IMG/VR virus record: IMGVR_UViG_3300048575_000390
Span: 1-29,792 of that record
Reading direction: 5' to 3' (one strand)
DNA from: a virus
Lineage: Duplodnaviria; Caudoviricetes
Length of the DNA: 29,792 nucleotides
Positions 17,878-26,218 of this stretch are shown one piece after another; the first letter of the stretch is position 1, and each line of letters opens with the position of its first letter. A program made the position numbers and the translations under genes. A model generated the notes under the pieces. The model did not search any database. It had not been told where the DNA came from and was given only the letters and a program-made list of their open reading frames with translations.

Positions 17878-19314
17878 CTAGGCCCCCATCCAGCCGCCGG
17901 CATAGGCGTGTGGTTGCTGCTGTTTTTCCGGGGCCGGTTTGGTCTTGGCCAGGGCCATCCCGGACATGACGAGGTAGCGCATGCAGTCCATGAGGTGGTC
18001 GTTGTCCTTGACGATGCGGCCCTTCTCGTCGCGACGGTACAGGCGATATTCTGCCAGCCAGGCCTGAAGGCTCTTGAACGCCTTGAGGCGTCCGGAACTC
18101 ATGCGCTCCCACACGGCCAGGATGCCGGCCTCAACGCTGTTGTCCGCCGGGGAAATCTCGAGACCAAGGCCCCGGTAAACGTCCATGAGCCGGGAGCCAT
18201 CCTTCTGGTTCGCGCCGGCCGAGGCAGGATCGACCACGCCGGGGATCCATTCGCCACGGCTCTTGACAGCCTGGGCGTGGACGGCAGGTTCGCACTGGCC
18301 GCGCTTGTATTCAGCCGTCAGGTAGAGGATGTCCGCGTCACGGTCCCACGCGCCCCATAGGGCGGCCGTATTGTTCCAGCCGACATCCAGGGCGTAGACG
18401 CGGGGCCAGTGGGCCGGGACCTCGAAATCGGCGGTTGTGATGTCGTCTTCGGCGATGGGGTAGATGGCGCCGGAACCCAAAGCGGGAATCCCTCGGGAAC
18501 GGGCGTCACGCATGTGCGGCGGCATGGCGGCCAGCATGTCCGCCTTGTCCTTGTCGGACAGGTGCGGCACGTCGTCCCATGTGGCCATCACCACACATTT
18601 CCCAGCCGGGTTGCGGCCGTCAGGGAGGAAGGACAAAACGACGTCGGACAGACCACGAAGCGGCGTGAACGTCAGCATGACGAGTCCGCCGGTAGTCATG
18701 GTGCGGATCAGACATTCCCCGTAGACGGCCGAATCAGGCTCCTCATCCAGCCAGATGATGTCCTGTTCCGTCCCCTGGAACGCTTCCCGTCCCTGGTCGT
18801 AGGATTTGAATCCCAAGACCGAGACGCCTCCGGACTTGTGACGGACGCGCACGGTTTCGATGAGGTCCGGGACATTGCCGGCCCGGCGTTTGGTGTCAAT
18901 GATGGCGTCGGCAGGGATAAGGCCGGTCCCAATCTCCCCGATGGGTCCGAGCAGCTTGAACTGCAAAATGTCGCGGACGGTCTGGCTCGTGTCACCAGCA
19001 GCCCACGCTCGGATGGATTCAGCGAAGCGCCGTCCTTCCCACCAGTCCGGGTACTCGCCGGTCAGGTGTAGGGCCATTTCATAGCCGCCTGCACCCTCGG
19101 TCTTACCGACGCGGTTCGCGGCCATGAACAGGCGTTCGCGTTGCGTGGACCCGTGACGAAAGAATTCCAGGTGACGCGGGTAAAGTTCGCGGCGCAAGGC
19201 CCCCTCGGCGGGGTAGTAACTGGAAATGCGACGCGCCCGTTTGCGGCGGGCCTGCAGGTCAAGCAGTTGCGCCAATTCCAGCTTTTCGGAGGAGGTCAGC
19301 GATTCGATTTTCAA
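17878..19314 (-). CDS. terL: Terminase large subunit, P22-like
   Basis: Walker A AANRVGKT, Walker B IWLDEEP, TFTP motif, nuclease ALDVG and DHLMDCMRY; TTG start uncertain. Confidence 0.96.
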   Translation of the reverse strand: MKIESLTSSEKLELAQLLDLQARRKRARRISSYYPAEGALRRELYPRHLEFFRHGSTQRERLFMAANRVGKTEGAGGYEMALHLTGEYPDWWEGRRFAESIRAWAAGDTSQTVRDILQFKLLGPIGEIGTGLIPADAIIDTKRRAGNVPDLIETVRVRHKSGGVSVLGFKSYDQGREAFQGTEQDIIWLDEEPDSAVYGECLIRTMTTGGLVMLTFTPLRGLSDVVLSFLPDGRNPAGKCVVMATWDDVPHLSDKDKADMLAAMPPHMRDARSRGIPALGSGAIYPIAEDDITTADFEVPAHWPRVYALDVGWNNTAALWGAWDRDADILYLTAEYKRGQCEPAVHAQAVKSRGEWIPGVVDPASAGANQKDGSRLMDVYRGLGLEISPADNSVEAGILAVWERMSSGRLKAFKSLQAWLAEYRLYRRDEKGRIVKDNDHLMDCMRYLVMSGMALAKTKPAPEKQQQPHAYAGGWMGA

Positions 19315-19732
19315 CCTGTTCTTCCGTCATGTTTTCGAACTGGATGGGACCGCCGTCTTTCCCGGCGAGCTCGTGCTTGGATCTGTCCGCATAGACGTCC
19401 GGCTTGAGGGCCTTGAGCCTAAAAATCAGCAGCGTGTCGGAATACTCCTGGATCTCGCCGCACTTCTCGCCCTGGTAGAACACGGGCCGGGCGGTACCCC
19501 TGTAGGCGCGCCGATCGGCCTCGGCCTCCAGGTTCTCGACGTACTCAGCCATGGCCTCAGCCCAGGCGGCAGCAAAGGCGGGGTCATTTTTTCTGGCCTT
19601 GCGCGCCGTGTCCCGGTTGATGCCGGCGGACCGGGCAGCGCGGGTGACGAAGCCATGCTCTGCCAGGGCTGAAAGGAATGCGGCCCGCAGTTCGGCCGTG
19701 AATTTTTCTGGTATGCCCTTGCGCCTGGCCAT
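19259..19732 (-). CDS. terS: Terminase small subunit (157 aa)
   Basis: HTH (FLSALAEHGFVTRAARSAGI), DPAFAAAW, YSDTLLIFRLK, GKDGGPI; likely start ATG 19732. Confidence 0.9.
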   Translation of the reverse strand: MARRKGIPEKFTAELRAAFLSALAEHGFVTRAARSAGINRDTARKARKNDPAFAAAWAEAMAEYVENLEAEADRRAYRGTARPVFYQGEKCGEIQEYSDTLLIFRLKALKPDVYADRSKHELAGKDGGPIQFENMTEEQVENRIADLLRKAGIGATA

Positions 19733-19734
19733 GG

Positions 19735-20058
19735 CTACTTGCCCCCAAACAGCACGTGCTCGGCCAGGACGCCGACTGCAGCACCGGCCATGGTGCCGAC
19801 TGCGGTCAATGCGGCCTGCTGGCCCCGGCTGAAAGACCGGTGCTCCTTGAGCCCCTGGATCTCCCTGCCCTGCTCCTCCTGCCCGCGTTCCAGGTCCTCG
19901 AGCCGGCGACCGTTGGCGCTGCACCGCTCGACGTGCACGACCTCGACCCGGGCCACGCGCTCGGACACGTTGCCGATCCGCTCGTTTGCCTGGGCCACGT
20001 CGGCCTTGAGGCCGGTCAGCATGGATATGACCTGGGCCTGGAATTCGGATTCAGCCAT
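19735..20058 (-). CDS. Coiled-coil protein with C-terminal membrane anchor (holin/accessory lysis-like, 107 aa)
   Basis: GGGAG RBS; heptad coil followed by ALTAVGTMAGAAVGVLA. Confidence 0.6.
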   Translation of the reverse strand: MAESEFQAQVISMLTGLKADVAQANERIGNVSERVARVEVVHVERCSANGRRLEDLERGQEEQGREIQGLKEHRSFSRGQQAALTAVGTMAGAAVGVLAEHVLFGGK

Positions 20059-20395
20059 GCCGGCGTTCTCCCTTGCGTCCGAAAAAACACCCACCGCACA
20101 GGTAGACGGCCAGGAAATAGACGAGGGCCAGGGAGGCCCGCAGCGGGAATAGGATCTTGCTGCCCCGGCTGCACAAGATCATGAGATTGAGCAGAAAAAA
20201 GAGGTCCGCCAGGAAGCGGTTGTGCCCCTCGTGGTACATCCAATCGTGGACGTCGCAGGCGGGCGTCACGACCACGCCGACGATGCGCTGCGGGATGGGC
20301 CGCAGGCGCCATCCTGCCGGCCCGCAACCATTGCAGACGCGGCGGCGCATGCCCGGGGTGGCGGCGCGGTAGGATGGGGGGGCGAAGAGGCGCAC
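20051..20395 (-). CDS. Phospholipase A2-like protein (about 114 aa)
   Basis: CNGCGP, ACDVHDWMY and ADLFF motifs; hydrophobic C-terminal half; GTG start 20395 just after the lipoprotein stop. Confidence 0.65.
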   Translation of the reverse strand: MRLFAPPSYRAATPGMRRRVCNGCGPAGWRLRPIPQRIVGVVVTPACDVHDWMYHEGHNRFLADLFFLLNLMILCSRGSKILFPLRASLALVYFLAVYLCGGCFFGRKGERRHG

Positions 20396-20399
20396 GACC

Positions 20400-20690
20400 C
20401 TAGCTCCCGGCCACGGCCTCAGCCACGGGGGCGAGAATGCCGGCGGCCTGTAACGCGAAATTGGCCCACGCGGCGTACCCCTGCATCTGCGCCTTGGTCG
20501 CACTGTCCATGGGGCTGGTCTGCGCCAGGGTCGCCAGGGCGGTGGCCGCTCCCTGCGCTTGCGTCAGGGCGTCCGAGGCAGAGATACCCGCCCCGGAGCC
20601 GGCGGGGGTACCGGCTCCAGTGCGGGTGCAGGCGGGGAGGAGGCAGGCGAGGAGCAAGGCGGAAACGAGCAGGCGGGAAATATTACGCAC
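20400..20690 (-). CDS. Lipoprotein, spanin candidate (96 aa)
   Basis: Signal peptide with lipobox LPAC; position in the lysis cassette; hydrophobic C-terminal helix. Confidence 0.75.
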   Translation of the reverse strand: MRNISRLLVSALLLACLLPACTRTGAGTPAGSGAGISASDALTQAQGAATALATLAQTSPMDSATKAQMQGYAAWANFALQAAGILAPVAEAVAGS

Positions 20691-20964
20691 GGGGAAACCC
20701 TCTTGGTTCGGCCTCGGATTGCTGCGCCGGGGCCTTTGTCGTGACGATCGGCCCGGAGGCGGTCAGGCGCCCCCAGGCGGCCAGAGCGGACAGTGCCGAC
20801 ACGATGTAAGGGGCGACGTTGCCGAGGTCGTAGGCAACGCCCTTGACGGTCAACGTGACGGGCAAATCTCCACCGGACGCCAGGGTTACGGCCAGGGTGC
20901 CGACGATGCCGGCCAGGGTCTTGGAGGTGGCGATGCCTTTGATGAGCCGAGGGAGATCAACCAC
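20683..20964 (-). CDS. Holin-like membrane protein (93 aa)
   Basis: GGAGG RBS plus GTG at 20964; SKTLAGIVGTLAV and IVSALSALAAWGRLTA hydrophobic segments; charged tail. Confidence 0.7.
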   Translation of the reverse strand: MVDLPRLIKGIATSKTLAGIVGTLAVTLASGGDLPVTLTVKGVAYDLGNVAPYIVSALSALAAWGRLTASGPIVTTKAPAQQSEAEPRGFPRA

Positions 20965-21088
20965 GCGATCCTCCGTAGAGCAGCGGATGCGCCACACGCT
21001 CCCAGGCCCGGGCGATCCGGTCCGAGAGTCGGTAGAGCACGCAGCGCACGTGCATGGCATTGAGGTGGTGTTGCAGCCAGGGCCTCAT
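20957..21088 (-). CDS. 43-aa ORF missing from the ORF track
   Basis: ATGA overlap with the endolysin stop; MRPWLQHHLNAMHVRCVLYRLSDRIARAWERVAHPLLYGGSRG; fills the gap to the holin exactly. Confidence 0.6.
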   Translation of the reverse strand: MRPWLQHHLNAMHVRCVLYRLSDRIARAWERVAHPLLYGGSRG

Positions 21089-21507
21089 GCGATACCCAGG
21101 GCCATCAAAAAGGCCTTGTGGATGAGGTCGTCCGAATACGGCTGCTGACCGGCGTTCTCCACGCGGGTCATCGGGCCAGCCAGTTTTTCCAGGTCGTTTT
21201 CAGTCAGGTGTTGGTCCGGCTTGAAACCGGATCCCTTGCAGACGGCGGCCACGTACTCGCGCGTGTTGTTTTCGTTCGGAGGAGCCCACCGGCCGATGAT
21301 GGCGTTGACCGTGCGCAAGCCGTAGTCGCGATGGTATTTGAGCAGGAGCTTGAAGGCGGCCCGGAGGCCGTAGACGGGGAGAAGAAATTCCTCGAAGGAG
21401 CGGTCCTTCTTCTGGCTGGCCGGAACCTCGCCAACCCATGTGTCCTTCGACACGCGGATGTTGAGCGGGTTGTTGTTCCTGATGCCCCTGGTCGGTTTCT
21501 GTCCCAT
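21085..21507 (-). CDS. Putative endolysin, lysozyme-like RGIRNNNP family
   Basis: RGIRNNNPLNIR..GLRA..RWAPPNENNT..EN motifs; first gene of the lysis cassette; start could be 21519 or 21525. Confidence 0.8.
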   Translation of the reverse strand: MGQKPTRGIRNNNPLNIRVSKDTWVGEVPASQKKDRSFEEFLLPVYGLRAAFKLLLKYHRDYGLRTVNAIIGRWAPPNENNTREYVAAVCKGSGFKPDQHLTENDLEKLAGPMTRVENAGQQPYSDDLIHKAFLMALGIA

Positions 21508-21580
21508 GTCGGCCCCCATGCCCATCGCGGGCGTATAGGGGCCATTTTCTCGTGAATTACGTCATCGGTGGAGTGTATAT

Positions 21581-21796
21581 TTACGCATGATCGAGCATAT
21601 TCTCGCATCTTGACGGCGGGACAGGTCGACCTGACGACCACGCATCGAGCTCCAGGCTACATGCTACCCACGTTCCATCGGGCTCCTGTTTTATCGGAGC
21701 TCCCGCCGCCCTCTTGCGTTCGATGGCTGACCACGCCCTGAGATGGAAAAACGCCAAGATGGCTTTCCGGCCTCGCAAATCGTATCGGCTTGTCAC
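21581..21796 (-). CDS. Small HTH-like DNA-binding protein (71 aa)
   Basis: GGAGG RBS plus GTG; LRGRKAILAFF..W..GAPI..W.A..ELDAW resembles excisionase/MerR-type HTH proteins. Confidence 0.65.
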   Translation of the reverse strand: MTSRYDLRGRKAILAFFHLRAWSAIERKRAAGAPIKQEPDGTWVACSLELDAWSSGRPVPPSRCENMLDHA

Positions 21797-21814
21797 TACT
21801 TCCCCTCCGTTTTT

Positions 21815-22186
21815 CTAAGCGCCGTGCGTTTGGGCCATCGGCGCGATCTCGACCACCACGCGGCCGCCTTTGACCACGTCGCCCCAGTACACGTGCTTGG
21901 CGCGAATCTGCGAATCGTCCCCCCACACGCCGGCTTTAGTCAGGGCGTCGAACAGGGTCTTGCCGGCGAAGTTGTCTTCGTCCCTCCGGCGCAGGTCTGG
22001 CGGGCACAGCGTGACGCTGACCTCCAGGTCTCCGGCCAGGGGCAACCCCGGGAGCTTCGCCGCGACCACCAACGACCGGACCGCCAAGCGGTAGGTCGTG
22101 GACTTTTTCGCCAAGTGCATGTGCTTCCCGGAGCGCCGGTGGGTTTTGTTCGTGCTCACCGGCCAGGGCAGGGTCAGGGTGGTCAT
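21815..22186 (-). CDS. rusA: RusA Holliday junction resolvase (123 aa)
   Basis: LPWPVSTN, PPDLRRRDEDN, K..FDALTKAGVWGDDSQI; likely start ATG 22186. Confidence 0.93.
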   Translation of the reverse strand: MTTLTLPWPVSTNKTHRRSGKHMHLAKKSTTYRLAVRSLVVAAKLPGLPLAGDLEVSVTLCPPDLRRRDEDNFAGKTLFDALTKAGVWGDDSQIRAKHVYWGDVVKGGRVVVEIAPMAQTHGA

Positions 22187-22188
22187 GT

Positions 22189-22521
22189 TTAGAACACCCG
22201 TGGTTTCCCGAGGCGTTCCCATCTGACCCACGCCATAAAGAAGGCGTGGGCGACCTCCAGGCATGATTTTCTCCACTGCTCGTCAGCGTTCTTGACCACG
22301 TGCCAGTTGAAAAAATGTTCCGCGTCCGGATTTTTGTCCTCGGCCCCAATCTCCGGCATGACCTGCCACATATCGCACGGCTCATCGAGGAGGCGCTTGC
22401 TTCCCCAGGCGAATGAGCACCGGAAACCGACCGCAGCGGACAGCATGTCGAGGAGCATTTCCGTTTCTTTCCCTGCGCCCTTTGGGAAAGCTGTTTCGTA
22501 CCGAGGCTGGTAGCTGTCCAT
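22189..22521 (-). CDS. Hypothetical protein (110 aa)
   Basis: GGAGAGGA RBS; ends 2 nt before the rusA start. Confidence 0.65.
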   Translation of the reverse strand: MDSYQPRYETAFPKGAGKETEMLLDMLSAAVGFRCSFAWGSKRLLDEPCDMWQVMPEIGAEDKNPDAEHFFNWHVVKNADEQWRKSCLEVAHAFFMAWVRWERLGKPRVF

Positions 22522-22550
22522 GTCCTCTCCCCCTTCTGGTTTTGGATTTC

Positions 22551-22693
22551 GTGCCCGTGGCCCACCCCCACGTATAATAATCTCTAAGAGAGATTATTAT
22601 ACTGGGGGCCGGCGTCCCCCGTGTGCCCAAGAAATATCAATATATTATAGCATGTTACGAAGCAATGAGCACATAAGGCCTTTTTTGTGCTCA
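22551..22693. other. Putative replication origin with two inverted repeats and an AT-rich core
   Basis: Perfect 14-bp IR at 22572-22585/22589-22602; 8-bp IR at 22666-22673/22686-22693; non-coding, directly downstream of the primase-helicase. Confidence 0.55.
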
Positions 22694-22704
22694 ATTCAAT
22701 AATT

Positions 22705-24741
22705 TCAGTCAGTTGCAAAATCAGCCCCGTTTTGACGATTCATCTTCTCAAGAAACGTCTGGTTCTTTCCGGAGCCTTCCTTTTCGATAAGCCCCTGCCG
22801 GACAGCCCGCTTGATGACCCGCTGCCAATGCGCCCTGGACATGTCGGAGGATGTCAGGGCCTCCATGGCCTCAATGAGCGCCATCTCGGTCTGGATGATC
22901 CCACCGGCATCCCGAACGGCCTGGGTGACCAGGAACACCTCCGGGTCCTCCACCGGCACGTAATCCAGGTTCTCCGTGCGCTCCAGGTAGAAGGGGGCCT
23001 GGATTTTGTAGTTTCGACTCTTGTCATGGTTGACGCGCAAAACGAACCGCCCCTGTCCGGAATGGGCTTGGTCGAGGATAAGGGCGTTGTCGTACCAGTC
23101 CCTGATGGCCGACGCTCCACGTCCGCCCTTGGCCGCATCCTTGCCCGTGTGGTGGACGATGATAAACGATGCGCCGGTCAGCGTGGCCAGGTCGTTGAAC
23201 CTGTCCAGGGCGGCGCGCATGGCCACGTTGTCGTTTTCGTCGCAGTCGTGGAAGCTGATGAGCGGATCGAGGACGACGACGTCAGCCCCGGACCGCCGGA
23301 TGATAGACTGAGCTTGGTCGAAGAATTCCCTGTTAATGGGCCCATGGACCCGACAGTCGTTGCTTCCGAGCACGGGTGCGACGATGTTCGGCAGGGCCTT
23401 GGCGATCTCCGGCCTATCTTTCATGATCATGGCCAGGCGTTTTTTCGTGGCCTTGGCCGTATTCTCCGACTGGAGAAAGAGGACTCTTCTTTGCCTGGGC
23501 ACAGGGAAAAGCCCAAAGAGTTTTGGCGGACCATTGAGGTCAACACCGGCCGTTTGTGGTTTCGGCATGGCCAGGAAAATGGCCATGTTCACGGTGAAGA
23601 GGCTTTTCCCGATGTTGCTTGGACCAATGACAAGCAGGTTTTCCGTCTCGTCCACCAAACCCTCCGCGACCGGCTTTTCGTCGAAATGCATCCCCATGAT
23701 GTCCGAAAAGGTGATGATTTCGAAGTTGGTTGGTCGCAACTGCCGACGGACCTCGTCAAGGCCCTCGAGGGCGTGCAGGTCGTTGAAATCGGTGGGATGG
23801 CTTGAGAGGTCCTTGAAGTCTGGAACGATAGCCTTGACGCCAATGGCGTGGGCGGCCGCTTGGCCCTTTTCGACGCCGACATTCCAGGGGGACCCATCCC
23901 CCTTGGTGGCCCAACGGTCGTTATCCGCGGCGACGATGATCTGTGCTTGGGGGAACACCTCCCTGACCGTCTTAGCCGTGCTTTCAAGGTTTCCAGCATC
24001 GAATCCGATGGCGACGGCATGTCCCGTGGCCATGTGGATCGATGCCCCCGTGGCGTACCCCTCCGCGATGTAGACGACGCCCTTGTCTCCTTCGATCCAG
24101 CCGAAGGCTCCTGGCTTTGTCGTCCCCGTGAGGAACCGCCTGACTCCGTCGGGGAAGATGCGTTGCAAACTCCGCAGGGAGCCACTGGCGTCCCACATCG
24201 GAATAAGCAGCTCCTTCCCAAGAGACTTGACGCCGAAGGCGCCGACCTGCTTTTTGCGCAGGTAGGGGTGCGAACCATCTTCATCGCGGGCCTTCGCCCA
24301 TTTATCGGCGGCGATTACAGAGCATTCCTTGGCAAGCCTTTCGCGTTCGGCATCTCGTGCCGCCCTCGCCTGCCTGAACCTCTCACGCACAGCCTCCACT
24401 TCGACGGTCGATAGTTCGTAATTCGCCTTTAGGCACCAAGTTTCGGAAAGATCTTCCTTCCAGGACCCATAGGCCCCAGCTGGAATATTGTCGGGGTAGA
24501 AGACGGCCCATCCGGACCGTTTCCCCCGGGCCTCGTCTGGCAGGTCGAACCGGTGCAACCGGCCGTCAGGCTCAATCTCGGGCCGGCCGAGGCCGGCGGC
24601 CGCCAGGGCATCGCGGAAGGCGTCCAGGGCCTCGGCCACGGACGCCGGCCGGGCCTGCTGCTGCGGCTCGTCCTGGCGTGCGTAGGCGTTGAGGTCGATG
24701 ACCCGCCGCGGCTGTCCCATGGAGCCCTCCGTGTTGCTCAT
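22705..24741 (-). CDS. Toprim primase fused to RepA-type (AAA_25-like) helicase
   Basis: HPYLRKK, IAEGYATG, AADND, TDFNDL; Walker A GPSNIGKS, Walker B VVVLDP, IVHHTGK..RGASA. Start 24741 (ATGA overlap) or 24720. Confidence 0.92.
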   Translation of the reverse strand: MSNTEGSMGQPRRVIDLNAYARQDEPQQQARPASVAEALDAFRDALAAAGLGRPEIEPDGRLHRFDLPDEARGKRSGWAVFYPDNIPAGAYGSWKEDLSETWCLKANYELSTVEVEAVRERFRQARAARDAERERLAKECSVIAADKWAKARDEDGSHPYLRKKQVGAFGVKSLGKELLIPMWDASGSLRSLQRIFPDGVRRFLTGTTKPGAFGWIEGDKGVVYIAEGYATGASIHMATGHAVAIGFDAGNLESTAKTVREVFPQAQIIVAADNDRWATKGDGSPWNVGVEKGQAAAHAIGVKAIVPDFKDLSSHPTDFNDLHALEGLDEVRRQLRPTNFEIITFSDIMGMHFDEKPVAEGLVDETENLLVIGPSNIGKSLFTVNMAIFLAMPKPQTAGVDLNGPPKLFGLFPVPRQRRVLFLQSENTAKATKKRLAMIMKDRPEIAKALPNIVAPVLGSNDCRVHGPINREFFDQAQSIIRRSGADVVVLDPLISFHDCDENDNVAMRAALDRFNDLATLTGASFIIVHHTGKDAAKGGRGASAIRDWYDNALILDQAHSGQGRFVLRVNHDKSRNYKIQAPFYLERTENLDYVPVEDPEVFLVTQAVRDAGGIIQTEMALIEAMEALTSSDMSRAHWQRVIKRAVRQGLIEKEGSGKNQTFLEKMNRQNGADFATD

Positions 24742-25481
24742 GCCCAACACCGCACCGACCAGTCGCAGCATTTGCACTCCCACCGGGAGGAGTCGGCCAG
24801 GCCACGCGGCAGCATCTCGCCGGCGTCGGAAGCGAGCAGGACGCGCCGGGCCCTGGCCAGAAGCGCTTGGTGCTCCTGGGGCTCATAGGGCACCAGCTCG
24901 TGGTGCATCTCCATGGTGTCGGCGTTGAGGGCGGTAAACAAGCCATGGGAGAGCTTGAGCTCGCCCATGTAGAGCTGCATCTGGCCGTAATACCGGGGAT
25001 GGGCCACGCGGAGTTTGTCACGCCTGGATTTGCCCCAGGATTTGTTATTGAGGCACTTGCACTCCCAGTTGGCCGGCAGCGGCAGGGGAGCGGGCCCTTC
25101 GCCACGCCACATGACCAGCACGCCGTCCGCATGGCCTTTGACGCGACCGTCCAGGGCCTCGAAGGCCCATTGCCCCCCGGTGTCCGGGTCGCGGTCGAGC
25201 AATACCCACCCGGAGGCCTTGAGGAGTCCGATCACGTAGTCCTCGGCCCACCGGCCCCGATCGAAGCAGCGCAACACGCGAGGCGGGAACCCCCGGCCGG
25301 GATCGACCGGGGTCCGCAGGTGCCGGTACTGGATGGCCCGCTCGCAGGTGTCCCCGAGGATTGAGGCGCCGAGGTAGTCCCGCGGCGTCTCGGCATCCCT
25401 GGCCAGGGCCATGGCGGCATCGATCCGGTCATTGATCCGGTCGCCGAGGGCCGAGGCGGATTTGCTATTGAGGTCGATCAC
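24738..25481 (-). CDS. Cas4-like PD-(D/E)xK exonuclease (247 aa)
   Basis: YLGAS.LG..C.R, GHADG, WECK, YYGQMQLYM and C-terminal CKCCDWSVRC (1+3 Cys pattern). Confidence 0.88.
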   Translation of the reverse strand: MIDLNSKSASALGDRINDRIDAAMALARDAETPRDYLGASILGDTCERAIQYRHLRTPVDPGRGFPPRVLRCFDRGRWAEDYVIGLLKASGWVLLDRDPDTGGQWAFEALDGRVKGHADGVLVMWRGEGPAPLPLPANWECKCLNNKSWGKSRRDKLRVAHPRYYGQMQLYMGELKLSHGLFTALNADTMEMHHELVPYEPQEHQALLARARRVLLASDAGEMLPRGLADSSRWECKCCDWSVRCWA

Positions 25482-26005
25482 GCCGCCGCCTTGCAGTAGC
25501 CGCGCACGAAGGCCCGGATATGGTCGTTGGGCTCGATATTGTAGGCTTTGCTGTAGAGACTGCTGGACGCCCGCCTGACCGGCAGGCCGAAACGGCGCAG
25601 TGCCCGGTAGAGCGCTGCCTGGTTAGCCAGAGGCGTGACTCCAGGGGTTTGGTTGTAGACGGTCAGCAGTCGGGACAGGGATGCCTTTGGCTGCGGCCTG
25701 GCGGTATCAAGGGCTAGGGCCGTGCGAATGGCGATGGCCATGAACAGGCCGGGCGTGGGTTTCGGCTCCCGGATCGGGGTGGGCTTGCGCCTCCGGGGTA
25801 TGGCCGGACCCTTCCACGGGCTCGAAATGTATTTGCGCAGCCGGCCCGCGATGCGTCGATTGAAGTTGTCCCGGCCCTCGGCGATGAGGATCATCGGGAT
25901 CGGGCAACATGCGCAGGCCATGGGTGGTAGCAGGCAGGCGGCCCGGTCGATGCACCGGGTCCGGTCCGTGTCGCCGAGGCCCTGGGGGCAGGTGATCGAG
26001 GTCAT
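25478..26005 (-). CDS. Hypothetical basic protein with Cys-rich N-terminus (175 aa)
   Basis: ATGA and GTGA overlaps with neighbours; GGAGG RBS. Confidence 0.6.
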   Translation of the reverse strand: MTSITCPQGLGDTDRTRCIDRAACLLPPMACACCPIPMILIAEGRDNFNRRIAGRLRKYISSPWKGPAIPRRRKPTPIREPKPTPGLFMAIAIRTALALDTARPQPKASLSRLLTVYNQTPGVTPLANQAALYRALRRFGLPVRRASSSLYSKAYNIEPNDHIRAFVRGYCKAAA

Positions 26006-26202
26006 GCCGCCTCCCTGGTCGCGAGTTGTCCCAGCGCACACGCCGTATTCGCCCGGTGGCAGATGCTGTCCGGATCGCCGAAGCGTTTGGCGCAGGAGGA
26101 CGCTGACGTTTTCCCGCCGTCTCGCGGGCAGCGGTAGTCTTGGCCGCGCTTCATGCGGTCGCCACGGGTGCAGGCAAGGTGGTCGGCACGGAACAGTCTC
26201 AT
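26002..26202 (-). CDS. Small Cys-rich hypothetical protein
   Basis: Stop overlaps the next start; start either 26202 or 26154. Confidence 0.5.
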   Translation of the reverse strand: MRLFRADHLACTRGDRMKRGQDYRCPRDGGKTSASSCAKRFGDPDSICHRANTACALGQLATREAA

Positions 26203-26218
26203 GCGATTTCCCCGATTT

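Noticed and set aside
22655-22662. TTACGAAG operator half-site in the origin region
   Set aside because: No second half-site; likely chance.
24738-25481. CRISPR-Cas locus suggested by the Cas4-like gene
   Set aside because: No array or other cas genes; stand-alone phage nucleases of this type are common.
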